Source: Sphyrna mokarran
Taxonomy: Eukaryota
Assembly: GCA_024679065.1 (NCBI GenBank)
Contig: JAGIQG010000011.1
Location: forward strand, 31,434,001 to 31,498,000
Length of the DNA stretch: 64,000 nucleotides
Direction of reading: 5' to 3'
This document shows positions 25,000-37,878 of this stretch, piece after piece. Position numbers and translations under genes: made by a program. The notes beneath the pieces were generated by a model that saw only the letters and a list, made by a program, of their open reading frames with translations, was not told the origin of the DNA and made no database searches. The stretch's first letter is position 1. Every line of letters starts with the position of its first letter.

Positions 25000-27050
25000 A
25001 TCTAGCCTGTGTAAAATTGAACTAAAAATTGTCAGGAAAAGCTGTAATGGAGCAATGGCTGATCTTTAAGGAAATAGTCTTTCAAGTACAAGCCACATAC
25101 ATTCCATTACGGTGAAAGGTAGGGGAACCACACCAAGGCTGATTTGATAACAAGAGATAGAGAAAATGCTGAAACAAAAAATAAGGACAGTGCACGATGC
25201 ATGTTAAACGAATTCTTCAAACAAGGATCAGACCGAAAAGAAAAAAGTGGGACGTGAAAAGGAAAATATGACTGTCAAAGAGAGAATATGAAAATAGAAT
25301 ACCAGTTAATATAGAAGGCAACTCAAAAATGTTTGACTGGCATGAGATGAGATGCGTTTTTTTAGGGACATAGAGGGTGATATATGCTGAAAAATACTGG
25401 GCTAGGTTTATTAAAATACTTCAATAAGTACTGTGTACAGGTGTTTACTAAGGAAAATGATGCTAGCAAAAATATTAGTAGAGTGGAGATGCCTTAGGTA
25501 ATGGAGGAAGTGAAAAATTGATAAAAAGTTGTATTTGAAATTCTGGCTGTGTATATAGAGTGATTAAAATGTCAGCACAGGCTGGCTTGCATCACAGGTT
25601 GTTAAAGGAAAGATAATCTTTTCTAGGTATGGGAGGAGGGGGGCAGAGAATTGGAGAATGTCAAATGTGAAACCCTTATTAAAAGAGGTGTAAGAACATT
25701 CTTAATAACTACGAGCTGTTTAACATCTGTGGTGGGTAAGGCTTTAGAAAGAATTCATTCATTCTTGTATGCTTTGCCTGAAGGCAGATCCTTGGCTCAT
25801 TGCCTTTGGGTGCTTCATCCTGAGCATTTTCTTGGCAGTATTTTCCAGTGATGGTTTACAATTGCTTTCTACTCTCGGGCAGAGCAAAGAGGCAGATCCC
25901 AAGTTGATCTTGGTTAGAGTAGGAATTGAACCGGCACTGATAGTGTAATTCTGAACTAGGTGCTAGCCATCTAACCAACTAAGCTAACTGGCATCCTAGA
26001 AACAATAATCGTGGGAAAAATGAACAGAAACTTGGAGAGGTTTGAGTTCCTCTCCTAGTAAGTAGTAAGGAAAGCCAGCACAAATTTGTAAAACTCAGAT
26101 TGTGTTCAACTAATTTACTTTTTGTTAAAGTAGAGGAGAAGGTTGATGGAAAGGCAAAGGATGTTATCAATATGGATTTTAAGAAAATCTTTGACAAAGT
26201 ACCACATAAAAGATTGGTTAACAAAATTAAGGCTCATGGAATAGCAGTGTCAACTGTGTAAATGATTGATTTAAGGACAGAAATAGCGATTTGAGGTTGT
26301 TTCTCATACTCTAGGATGGTTAACAGTTGCATTCCCCAAGTATCAATGCTTGATAAAATTTTAAAATTTTCCCAGTGATACCAGACTTGGAGATGGAACA
26401 GACATTAAGGATGATGCCAATTACCTGCATCATGAGATAAATAAGGTAGCAGAATAGACAAATAAGTGGCAGATGGAATCTAAAACAGCGAAATATGAAG
26501 TGATGCATTTTAACAATAGGGAGAGACAACAGAAACTTAGGGTGGAATTTTCCCATTCCTTCTACCTCAGCAATGTTATGGATGGAACGGGACAATGCAA
26601 AAGTCTCTCTCCCCAAGACGAGGGAAAATTTTGCCCATGGGTGTCATATTTCTAAAGTGTGTACAGGGACAAAATAATCTTGAGACTCAAGCATTGATCT
26701 TTGAAGGTGGCAGGACATATTGGCAGAGTAAATCGGAAAGCAAATGGGGTAATTGGCTTCATAAGTAGAGGTATTGTGTACAAAATAAGGAAGTTATGCT
26801 GAATCTTCACTAAGTTCTGGTTAGGCCACAGGTAGAGACAATGAATGATTTCTGAAAAAAAGGAATTAACTTACAACAGAGCAGGGAATGGGACCAAATG
26901 GATTGTGCTACAGAGAACTGGCATGAACTCAATGGATAGAATGTTCTCCTTCTGTGTCATAATGACTCTCTAAGCTGGATTTTCTTCACCTGACATCTGA
27001 TTTGATGGGCTGAATGGCCTTCTTCTGCACTATAGGATTTATGATTCTAT
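25000..27050 (+). mobile_element. Old CR1 LINE fragments (ORF2), with small inserted repeats
   Basis: The degenerate motifs are MDFKKIFDKVPHKRL and WQME..TAKYEVMHF, with an ATTCTATG tail at about 27045. Confidence 0.7.
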
Positions 27051-29224
27051 GGAAAATGAATTTAGATAATTGCTCAAAGGAAGAACGGCTAGAAAAGTGA
27101 ATGGCTTCCTGAGAGGAGGAGGGAATTGGTGAGGAGAAAGGATCAGAAGTGAGAAGAAAGTTTTATAAATTAGAAAATGTATGCGTGTCTTGAAAGCACC
27201 TGTTCAAAGCCAGCAAGCAATATGTACAGAGTTAAAACCATCTTTTGTTGATAGCGTGAATTATCTGCTATTGCCCACATAAATGTTGTGTTACAATACT
27301 CAGCTAACAGTTCAGGTGACAGTGGAACAAGCATTTACTGTACTGTATAAACTCCTGAAATGTCCACACTGGCTTCACTTGGAACATTCACAGCCTGTTA
27401 TCAGATTATTGGAATCTAATTTGCCTGTCTACCAGAGCTTTTCTCTCCCGCTAGGACAGAAGGAGCTATTGTAGTTTTGCTGGAGTTAGATTACCACAGA
27501 CAAAACCCCTTATCTCCTGGAAATGAATCGAAGGGGGCCCTTCATAAACAAGACTCTGACCAGCATTGAATGCAAATTGGGCTGGGGAAAACAAGACAGG
27601 TAGAACCCAATTCTGGGATTCCCACTTCATTCCTATTCCGTGGTATTATTAAGGGTAAAGGGAATCATAAGCCTACATGCTGCAATCCCGATCCTCACTC
27701 CAGTGTGGGCATGAAGATGTCAAGTTCCCCTCAACTTTCATGGAATCAGAACAGATTCTGAAGGAGATACAGTTTTTATCAGCTTAGAGATGTTGTGAAT
27801 GATGGCGAAACTGGGGAAGGGGGGATGGTGGGGGGGGGGTAGTTATTCTGGTATTAGTAACCTTTTGATGGGTACAGTTGCAGGTTAGCTGCATTAGTCA
27901 TGCTAAATCTCCCTCAATGTACTTGAACAGGTGGCAGCTAGGAGATTATCATAATAGCTTCATTTCAGTGTTGATGCAAGCCTACTTGTGGTAATAATAA
28001 ATAAACTAAAAAAAACTTCAATTAAAAGTTATTGTTAACCTCACATATAATGTGACACCATAATTAATGATAAATTAAGTGCTTTAATTCAGTAATTCAT
28101 TATTGGACTTTGTTTAGAAAAAGTAAGTGACCATTAAATTGACTAATATTGAGAAAGTGGGAAGTCAGATGCATTAGATTAATTTATCTAGTGGATATAG
28201 TGCTCTTCTGCATTGAACACTATTGAGATTCAGATTTTACAGTTTTACATGCATCCTGCACTTTGATCTTCTTGTTGATTGTCAGATCAGCCATTTGATC
28301 AGCTTTGAGAAATGCAACAAACAGTCCCACTGCTTCAAAGGCTTTGACGTATTCTGTTTTGAAGGCTTTTTTGACACTGCTGTGCAAAGGAATCTTGTCA
28401 TGAATGCTTGACTGAGCTCCCAATCCAAACTCCAAGCTGAATAGGAGATGTTGATACAACTGTCAAGGGGCAATAATCTTTGTTTAGATTGGCAATTTTG
28501 TAAGCTTGTAAAATTATTATATATATTTTGAAGGAGCTTTTGAATGGCTTTTTTATTTTTGCAGTTTTATGACCACTTAATACAATTAAGGGACTTCTTT
28601 CAGGTAGAGCATAAATAGCCATGTGTTTAACTGATAGCTTTATGAGCTCCTAAAAAGGATTAAATATTTTGTGTGGCTTTTGAATAGCTGTTTATATTGA
28701 CAATTTTATGGGTATCATGGAAAGTTGAGGGAGATAGCGGGGGCAAGGGGTATGGGGAGGTGGGAATATGGAGGGGGCTGGGAAAAAAATGGGAAGATTT
28801 TGGGACATGGGACTATAGAGGGAATATTGGAAAATGGGGGTATGGAGGGAAGGGGGATATGAAGAGTCATTGAGCTACAGAAGTTTGGGGTTGGGCAAAG
28901 GCAGGTGGAAGTGAAGTGAGTTGGGGGTAAGAGGAGCATGGTGATGGGTGGAGATGTGGAGGGAGACCGTCTACTAGGGGCTTAACAATGATGTATAGAA
29001 TTGATCTGGTATCCCTGCAAACTGAGACAGACTTTCTAATCTGTCTCCCTCAACTATTACCAATTTCATTCCTGCCTCAGATTTGCTTTGGGAAGCAGTG
29101 GTCCAAATCCAGTCCAACCCACTATTCCACCACTCCGAGGAGGCAGGATTATGACAATGGGAAATCTCACCCAAATGGGAAAGTCCAGTCCTATGACTAA
29201 ACCATTGACAGCCCAGATGCCTGT

Positions 29225-29602
29225 GGTGGATCAAAATACTATCCACTTCAAAGCAACTAGCTTACTTGGCACCTATCCATCACCTTAAACATTCACTTAT
29301 TCCGTCACTGATGCACAGTAGCAGCGGTTTGTACCATCTACAGAGAACACGGCAGCAACTCACCAGGATTCCTTGGACAGTGCCTTCAAAACTTAGAGGC
29401 CAAGGATAGCAGGCACATGGAACACAATCTGTTTTGGTAATATATCATTTTTATTGTTGCTGGGTCAAAATCCTGGAGCTCCCTACCGAACACAGTGGGT
29501 GTATCGACACCACATGGAGTGCAACGGATGAAGATGGCCACTCATCACCACCTTCTCGTGAGTAATAAGTGCTAGTCTTGCCAACAATGCTCACATCCCA
29601 TG
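29225..29602 (+). mobile_element. CR1-like LINE 3' end (tail shared with the SacSINE1-like SINE)
   Basis: It encodes a LLGT.PSP/LNIHL..TVAAVCTIY..SNSP-type C-terminus, then the tail CACCACCTTCTC..AATAA.TGCT..CACATCCCATG. Confidence 0.55.
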
Positions 29603-30429
29603 TGGAGGGAGTCCAGGGAGGTGGGTGAAGTGATGGAGCCAATGTCATGTTGAAGGTGACCCCATGTCTGTGGACGGTGCCATGATGGAGCAGTTTGTGG
29701 GTAAAGAAGGCCAAGAATAGAGTTTCCAGAGGTCCAGTTTCCAGAGTTTGGGAAACTCTGGAATTGGTGCAGCGGCAAGAATTGCTGAAATGTTCTGGCT
29801 TTGATCAAATAGAAAATAGTGGAACCAAATGAGAGGACATTAGCAGAGGTCACAGTCACAGAGTGTGTAATTTATCACATTTGCCTCGAGACCTTTTGGT
29901 TCCCTAGCATGGCTGAAGGCGAATTGGAGGACAATGATTTAGCATATATCAAATTGCATTGACTATTCTGACTTTTTAATACTGAACAATGCTACATCCC
30001 GGCTTACAATTGTAGGTACGAGGCCGTTAGCTACTAAACCATTTTCACTTTTCCTTATTTGCAAATATTAAATTATCCATGAACGATTGACACCCAATAG
30101 GCAACAGGTAAGTGAATGACTCCGATATTTCTGCTATTCGCATACATCATTGTTTTGGTGAAATACTGTACACTATGAACACATTTTCATTTGTGCTTTT
30201 TTGACATCTTTTGAGTCCTAGAGTTAGCCTACAACCCTAACGCAACGGTTTTGGAGGTAGATATGCGCGGGGAATTATTTCCTTTCTAGACGGAGAGATC
30301 GCACTAATATAATTTCTGCTCCTGAAGCGGATTTTCAATAAGATTACTGACTAACTGGAAGATTCTTAACGAACATTGAGAACCAATTCGAGTTGTGTTT
30401 TTCAGTTCACTAGCATTACAAAAGCAGGC

Positions 30430-30531
30430 TCCTGAAGAAAGGTCCTTGACCTTAAACGTTAACTCTGTTTCTCTCTCCACAGGTGCTGCCAGACCTGCTG
30501 AGTGTTTCCAGCGTTTTCTGTTTTTATTTCA
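30430..30531 (+). repeat. Penelope-like terminal repeat with degenerate hammerhead-like core
   Basis: The sequence is CTGAAGAAAGGTCCTTGACCTTAAACGTTAACTCTGTTTCTCTCTCCACAGGTGCTGCCAGACCTGCTGAGTGTTTCCAGCGTTTTCTGTTTTTATTTCA. Confidence 0.6.
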
Positions 30532-33500
30532 CTGTATTGGAGGAAAGCGTTTTCTAGATTTTTTAAAATTATGTTTCCGACTACTCGAAATCCCTATATT
30601 CTTGTTCTCTGGGCAATCAGGATGCTCTATAATTTTGTTAACGAGTCAACAAATACATTGAGAACCCTATAATTAAGGCAATTCTGCACCCATAGCACTG
30701 ATTACTTTTAAGATAGTGTGACACTGCCTTAACACACATTGTTACCTTGTAACAATGTGAGTCAACATTAGTGACAGTCCTCGAAAATATCGTACACTGA
30801 CAGCCTAAACACAATGATAAACCGTACCATTTCCAAAAGGCCTTTACTGTTGACGCAAGAGTGTTCCCACTCTTCTGGAGTTTGCCATTGAGAATGTCTG
30901 CTTTCAAGATAAATGGGAAAATTGTAAGTTATTCAAAGCGGTGGGGGTGGGAGTGGGGGTGGGGGGAAAGAAGAGAGCTGCCATGTCCTAATTGCAGTTG
31001 CACGCAGAGAAGGATTGATAACTGGCAAATGGTGCTTTAGGCATACAACTGAAGTATACCATTTGATGTAAATTCTACCAGGATGACTGCAGTATTGAAA
31101 TCAAAACGACGTAATACTTAATTCAGTACTTTGAAATAATTGCTTGAGCGAATGCCCATCCATCTACACATGGAAAATGTATTAAAATACTAACCATCAG
31201 CAACCGTGAACCCCAATCGGGAGACAAACCTTATTGCAAAATCTGTTTTCTATCCTGTGATTTCACTGATAATAAAAGTTCAAATTCTCGCCGTTAGCTG
31301 AGCATGTATTTCTTTTTCATGCTAACTATTAATAAATTACGCAAGTTGTCAGTGTTGTCTGTTAGATCAATCAGATAGTTGATCACAAAGGGCGTTGATT
31401 TACTTTTGATCCTGCTAATTTGGCAATTACATCCTATTACAATATACGCTCCAATCTAATTCTTCCTCCCGTCAAATTATTTTTCCAGTGAATTGAGGAC
31501 TTAGAAAGTTTTCTCATGTATTTTGCGAGCCCACATTATAATATCAGTCACAGTGGGCAGAGATTTGTACAATTATGTTGATTCTTGCTTGTGACATGTT
31601 AAGCTTTCAATCGACCCCTCAGTCAGCTTGAGAGTCATTTGCATCAAATAGCAATATTGGAAATTGCAATCACCGTAAAACCTTTCCAGGGAGGTTGATA
31701 CAGAAAGGAACAATAGAATTCTCACATTGGGCCATTCAGCTGCGGGGCTGAGTCAATGTTTTCTGCTGTATCATAGTGGCGGCGGACACGAAGTTGCTGC
31801 TATTCAATAATGACACCGCTGAAATCGGGTGATATTGCGGTACTCAGGGGACATTGGTAAGTCAGTAGCTCTCAAATGTGGCAGTTTATTGTTGCTACGA
31901 AGTTACTTGTCCAGTCGCAGCACGTTCCAAATGCTGTTATTGCCTCTTATTTATTGTGCTTCAAGTCGAAACAGACCACAGCAATTTTCTGGCTGTGTAG
32001 TTCAAATACAACAAGTGAAGAGCGTGTATATGCCTAAACTATATCGTTTTTGAATGTAAAGTGTTTGCTGTACAACAGAAATGGTAAGCAATACTTCGGT
32101 TAATTGAAAATGCTATTGTTTCATTCATAACACACAAACTTGTTTGAAGTTCGCGTGCTGTCATTTCCACTCTCTTGGAGCTTTCTTTAGATGCATCCAG
32201 TGCAAAAATTCAAAGTGAAGAGCAACTATTAATGCTGCTGTTGTCTGTCTTGACCATGGGATTAAAATTCCATCTTGATGTTGTGATTTCCTGGGCTACT
32301 TTGAAAGAAACGGAAACACCAACATTTAAATACAATGTGCCATCTGGGAAGAAATTTTTTGGCTTCTGTACATCTATTTAAGAAAGATGAATTATGATAA
32401 AGCATTGTTTCAGTATTAAGCTTGACAGTACAGAATTCTGTTACCATTCTGTTCCTTGTAGTTTTGAAGAGAACGGCTGTACACCTGAATTTCAGTATTT
32501 GCTGAGCTTTATCGTTATTGCAACTGCAGATTTAGAATTGCGAAAGCTTGTTATGCCTAAGTGGACGCTGTGGATATTTAACCAGTACATCATGGAGGTC
32601 TGTCAGTTTGTGCACTGATAGGATCTCAGGTTTTATCTATCTGTTTCAGACGACCAGCCCAATGTTATATATGTATCTGTCTTTGGGGAAAAGTCTGAAC
32701 ATATTCATTGAGTAATGCAATCTGTGCAGAAACAAAGTGTTGGAAGTAGCATTATGATGTCAAACACATTTATTAGAGTGAAGTGGTAATTTCATTTTTA
32801 ACGTTTAACTGTAGTCAGTGTTCATCAGATTAACCTGAAAGTCTTTCCCCTGCGATGCAAAATTATAGTATTATGTTTAAACATGCTTATTAAAATAACG
32901 TTCTACTTAACAGTGATATACTTTATATTGATAAACATTGGGAAGTTTGCGCATTGTCACATACTGTACTATTAAAAATGACATTGTTTACTGCACAATC
33001 CATTCATTTAGGTACAGCATAAATAATTTCATGTTTTAGTTTTATAAAATTATATCAGTTTAATTATAGTAAATGATTAATATACGGCACCAGTTATCCA
33101 TTTATTTCATTTGGATTTAATGGGATCTGGATTGGTTGGTGCTTTTTTTGAGTCCTATAATGCTTTTATCCCACTATTCTAATTGGGTTGCCTTATCCTA
33201 GGTGTCCATTCCGCCTTTGTTACGAGGCCAATTTCAAAAGATTACTGCCTAGATCATTCAATAATGTACACGTGAGAAATTTGGTTCATAATTAATCAAC
33301 CATCGATACTACACTGAGGTTTTCTAAATGAAAAACGACTGTAAAGGTAATAGGTAGTTATTAAAACCATATTCTGTCATAGTTGGTGGGTCAAAAGGCA
33401 GTAATGTCATAATTAACCTCTTAAATTCCAGTTGCATATGTATATCTGGAACATAGGGAAGTTCATGGTTTAATATGGATAGATTAATTTTTTTTTACTG

Positions 33501-35869
33501 ACAATGAATAATAGCTCCCCGCCAAATCCTATTCTATCGATTGGGTTCATGTGCAAATAGCAGGCAGCATTTTTTATTTACATTAGGAATGTCTGAGCTA
33601 TGAGCTTCATTTAATTATTACTTATTCTGTTTTAAATCAAATATTTAAATCTACTCGATCAACTTGTTAAATATTCACTTTCAAATTAACAAATGCAACG
33701 TTTAGATTTTGGTTATATAGGCATTGTCTTGAGTATAGCTATATAGATCAGTGGTTCAGATAACCGTAAATTACTTCGTGCTAAGTGTAGCTGTGTCTGT
33801 TCCATTTTGTAAAATCTCACAATGTTCAAATATCCGTTGACACCAGTAAACGCAAGACACATGGAAAATGCTACACAGCCAAATTTAGGATTTTTCATTT
33901 GTAAATTAGGGGTATGCTTCATTTCATTCGGTTGTTGGTACTTAACGAGTTACCTTGTCTTCATAGTATATCGAATCACCATTGTCATTCGGGAAAACCT
34001 ATGCGCTATTTAGAGACTTCAAACCTGAGTCAGGATAATGCAACTGGTCCCTATTTTTTGGTGATATCATTTTGAGATCACCAAAGAAGATCCCAATGTA
34101 GTTCGAAGTCCATCAGAATTTTACTTTCTTCGACGTGAGAAATAACACTGGAGGAGAATGGACGTTTTTCCCTTTTGTTATTATTGTTGGAATCAGGCAT
34201 TCGCATGCCAGGCAGCAGCACCAAGACGCAAAGGAAAGCTCCTCAGTCTGAATTGAGAAGAGCAGCGTATTCTGCCTCATTGTGATGTTTTTCCTTTGTT
34301 TTATTGAATAGACGCCGTTATGATAGCTGCACGATGCATGGCTGGTATTTCGAGTTGAATTATGAATTAAAAATAGACCTGCATTTATTATAAACTTAGT
34401 TAAGACTTCAAACCCAAATTAACTGACAGAGGCATCATACGTGTGGGCTGAATTCAATCTCAAGAACACTCAAAGAAAATAATGTCCACCATCTGTGTCA
34501 GCAAGCGCTGCCAAAGCGTATTCCACATATTAATTATTTCCTTAAATTGTATACAATGGCCAGTGTAGACTTGTTGAGAATTATACACGAAAATAATTGA
34601 GTGACGATCAAAATTGTTTCTGTGTATCTTTTTCTGCTCCAATAGAAATTGTGATTTTTGGCTGAGGTTTATTTTTTTACCGGTAACTTTGCCGACGAAG
34701 AACACTCTTTGCGGCGATAAATAAAGGAAATACCGAAGTGTTAATAACTTCAATGGTACTGGAAGATGAAATAATGTCACTAATTTAATGCAATGATAGT
34801 TGACAAGTATAACTAACACTTACAGTATTAATTCCAATGGTCGATCTAATGCTGACCTGCTTCCTCTTTCACATTTTTATTAAAACCCGAGCTTCGTCCA
34901 TTGAATGGTATACAAAATGATCGAGTTCCAGTTTAAAAGCAGGCTTGGGTGATTATTACTAAACAAATGTATGCCCTGGAAGATATTTTGTGAGCAAATA
35001 CACTCAGTGGTCACGCAGTATTGCTGGATAGTTGACATGTTAACTCTGTTTTTTGGATACTAGTGTTTCCATCAGGATTAAGTATTAATTGATGTAAATG
35101 TAGATAAAACAAGTGTCAGTTTTAACTTAATAGTTAAAAATATCTGTGATTTGAATGAGACTACTATTTTTCATTATTGTTAAAACGGTTCTAAGCGATC
35201 GAATTGCGGTATGAGGCCACCTATCAACCAACAGTAGAGATGTGTGGTTAAGATAGGTCCACGCAGTGATAATGTGCCCTCACATTTCGCAATTAACTCA
35301 ATCGTTTAGGATTCATTCAAGTTCCTCTCTGACTGGGTTACAAAATGGAATATCGGTTTTCACCTCGAACTACATTATTAAAGAGCAGAATTGTAATACA
35401 GATATCTGGAATTCATATAAAAAAAGTGGTTATATTCACTACTTTCCAGTATTGTGAATTCAGAGGCATGCTAATGGAACATACATCTTTTTCATTCTGT
35501 TTTGCCATTTAACATTGCCAGGAAGCCATTTTGTAAACTCGTTAGATGAGAAATCCATTCATTCATTCAATCTGAAGGCAAGTCCTTGACTGCCAATGAG
35601 TCATCTCGAGTCAATTATTTGGTGAGGTTTTTTTTGGATATACACACACCACCTCTCCAACCAACTGGGCTAATCAGCTCCAACAAGAGAAAATAAATGC
35701 AAATATTGAAAATTAGTGTATACACAGAACCAGGAGGTAAAGTATATGCAGGTTCATTGCTTGAGACAGGTTGGTTGGTTGGTAGTGCAGATTGTTGAGG
35801 CAAACATTCCAAAGAAGTTTGTTCAGATCTAAAACGACATTTCTCCTAAGTAAAATAAAACCATAAAAA

Positions 35870-37056
35870 TGATACATTATAGAAGAGGGCCATTTGACAC
35901 ATCTTGTCCAGGCCGACACAAAAACATCCAGGTGCCCTTTCTAATCCCACCTTCCTGCACACAACCCATTGCACAGCAATTTACAACACATAATGTGCAG
36001 ATCTGGGTACTTTTGAAGAGTTTAAGGTCTCTGCCTCCTTAACCAACTCAGGTAGTGAATTCCCAGACACTCGCCACCCTTTACATAAAGTTCTTCCTCA
36101 TGTTCTCTCTAATCCTTCTGCCACTTATCTTAAATTTATCATTCCTGGTGTTTGAAATCAACAGAAACAGGCTCTTCCTCTCTATTCTATCTCTACCTTC
36201 ACAATTCTACATACCTCAATCATATCACCCTTTACTTCTCTGTTCCAAGGAAAACAACCCTAACCTCTCTAATCTCTCCGTGTAGCAACAATTCTCCAGC
36301 ACTGGCAGCATTCCAATAAATCTTCTCTGAATTCTCTCCAGAGAGATTACTTCCTTCCTGTAATGTGGTGACTAGAACTGCAGACAATATTCAGTTGTGG
36401 CCTCACCAGTGTCTTATACAGTTTCATCATTATATCCATACTTCTTATTCTATACCTCTGCCAATGAAAGACAGCATTCCATATGCCTTCTTTGCAACCT
36501 AATCTAATGTATTGCTACCTTTAGGGACCTGTGCACTTGCACACTAAGATCTCTCACTTCATCTACCTCTCTCAGTATATTCTCATTTATTGTTATATCC
36601 TTTTGGTAATGCATTTAGAATTGACTTCCCTAAATGCATTATCTCACATTTAATAGAGGTAAATTCTATCTGCCACTTTCCTGGTCAGTCCACCAACCTA
36701 TCTATGCCATTTTGGAGTTTACAGCTATCCTCCAAATAGCCAATTTTTGAGTCATCTGCAAATTTCCCAATTGTGCCCCCCCCCCCCCCCCCCCCCATGT
36801 TCAAGTCCAAATCATTAATATATAAAACAAACAGCAGGAGTCTGAGCCCTGTGGCGCACCACTTGAAACAGCTTTTCATTCACAATGGCAGCCATCAACC
36901 ATTCTCCTTCGTTTCTGTTACTAAGCCAAAGTTGGATCCAATTCACCATATTACCTTGTATCCCATGGGCTTTTTTTTTACCAGTCTGCCTTATACATTG
37001 TCAAATGCCTTACTAAAACCCATGTAGACAACATTTACTGCATTATCTTCATTACC
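35870..37056 (-). mobile_element. CR1 LINE, 3' half of the outer element of the nested stack
   Basis: The minus strand reads VVYMGFSKAFDNV..LLLFVLYINDLD..IGKFADDSKIG..LQNGIDRLV, followed by the C-terminus. Confidence 0.8.
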
Positions 37057-37226
37057 TTTTTCAAAAAGTAGAAAACTACAAACCAATTATTTCAACAGCC
37101 GTTGCTGGGAAATTGTTAGAATTCATTATAAAGGAAGTAATAATAGGGCATTTAGAAAGTCAGAGTCAGCATGGTTTTATGAAAGGTAAATCATGTTTGA
37201 CTTATTTGCTTGAGATCCTAGAAAAT

Positions 37227-37525
37227 GGGTGGCTCAGTAGCACAGTGATTAGTACTGCTACCTCAAAGGGATCAGGGTTCAATTCCAACCTCAGGTCACT
37301 GCGTGAAATTTGCATTTCCTCCCCAAGTTTGCGTGAGTTTCCTCCGGGTGCTTTGGTTTCCTCTCACACTCCAAAGGTGTGTAGGTTAGGTAGATTGGCC
37401 ATACTAAATTGACCTTAATGTCAGGAGATTAACTGGGTAAATAGGAGGGGTTATTGGAATAGGGCCTGGGTGGCATTGTGGTCAGAGCAGACTAAATGGG
37501 CCAAATGGCCTCCTTCTGTACTGAT
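37227..37525 (+). mobile_element. HE1/V-SINE
   Basis: It reads GGGTGGCTCAGTAGCACAGTG..GGTTCAATTCC..TTTCCTCCGGGTGCT..GGTTAGGTAGATTGGCCAT..GGGCCAAATGGCCTCCTTCTG. Confidence 0.8.
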
Positions 37526-37567
37526 TGCTTGTTACATAGATCATACAATGTGGATAATGGAGATCCT

Positions 37568-37877
37568 ATAGAATCCTTATAGTGCAGGAGGTAGCCATTT
37601 GGCCCATCTAGTCTGTACTGACCACAGTCCCACTCAGGCCCTATCCCCATAATTGCATGCACCCACTCTAGCCAGTCCCCCTGACACTAAGGGGCATCTT
37701 GGAAGGCAAATCCACCTAATCTGCACATCTTTGGACTGTGGGAGGAAACCGGAAATTCACGCAGACAAGAGGAGAATGTGGAAACTCCACATAGACAGTG
37801 ACACAAGCCAGGGATTGAACCTGGGTCCCTGGCACTGTGAGACATCAGTGCTAACCACTGTGTCACCATGCTGCCCA
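37568..37877 (-). mobile_element. HE1/V-SINE
   Basis: The reverse complement reads GGGCAGCATGGTGACACAGTGGTTAGCACTG..GGGACCCAGGTTCAATCCC..TGTGGAGTTT..CCCACAGTCCAAAGATGTGCAG. Confidence 0.8.
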
Positions 37878-37878
37878 A

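Noticed and set aside
36776-36796. Poly-Pro/poly-Gly ORFs (also 59914-60123)
   Set aside because: These are translations of homopolymer C/G runs, whose length may also be a sequencing artefact.
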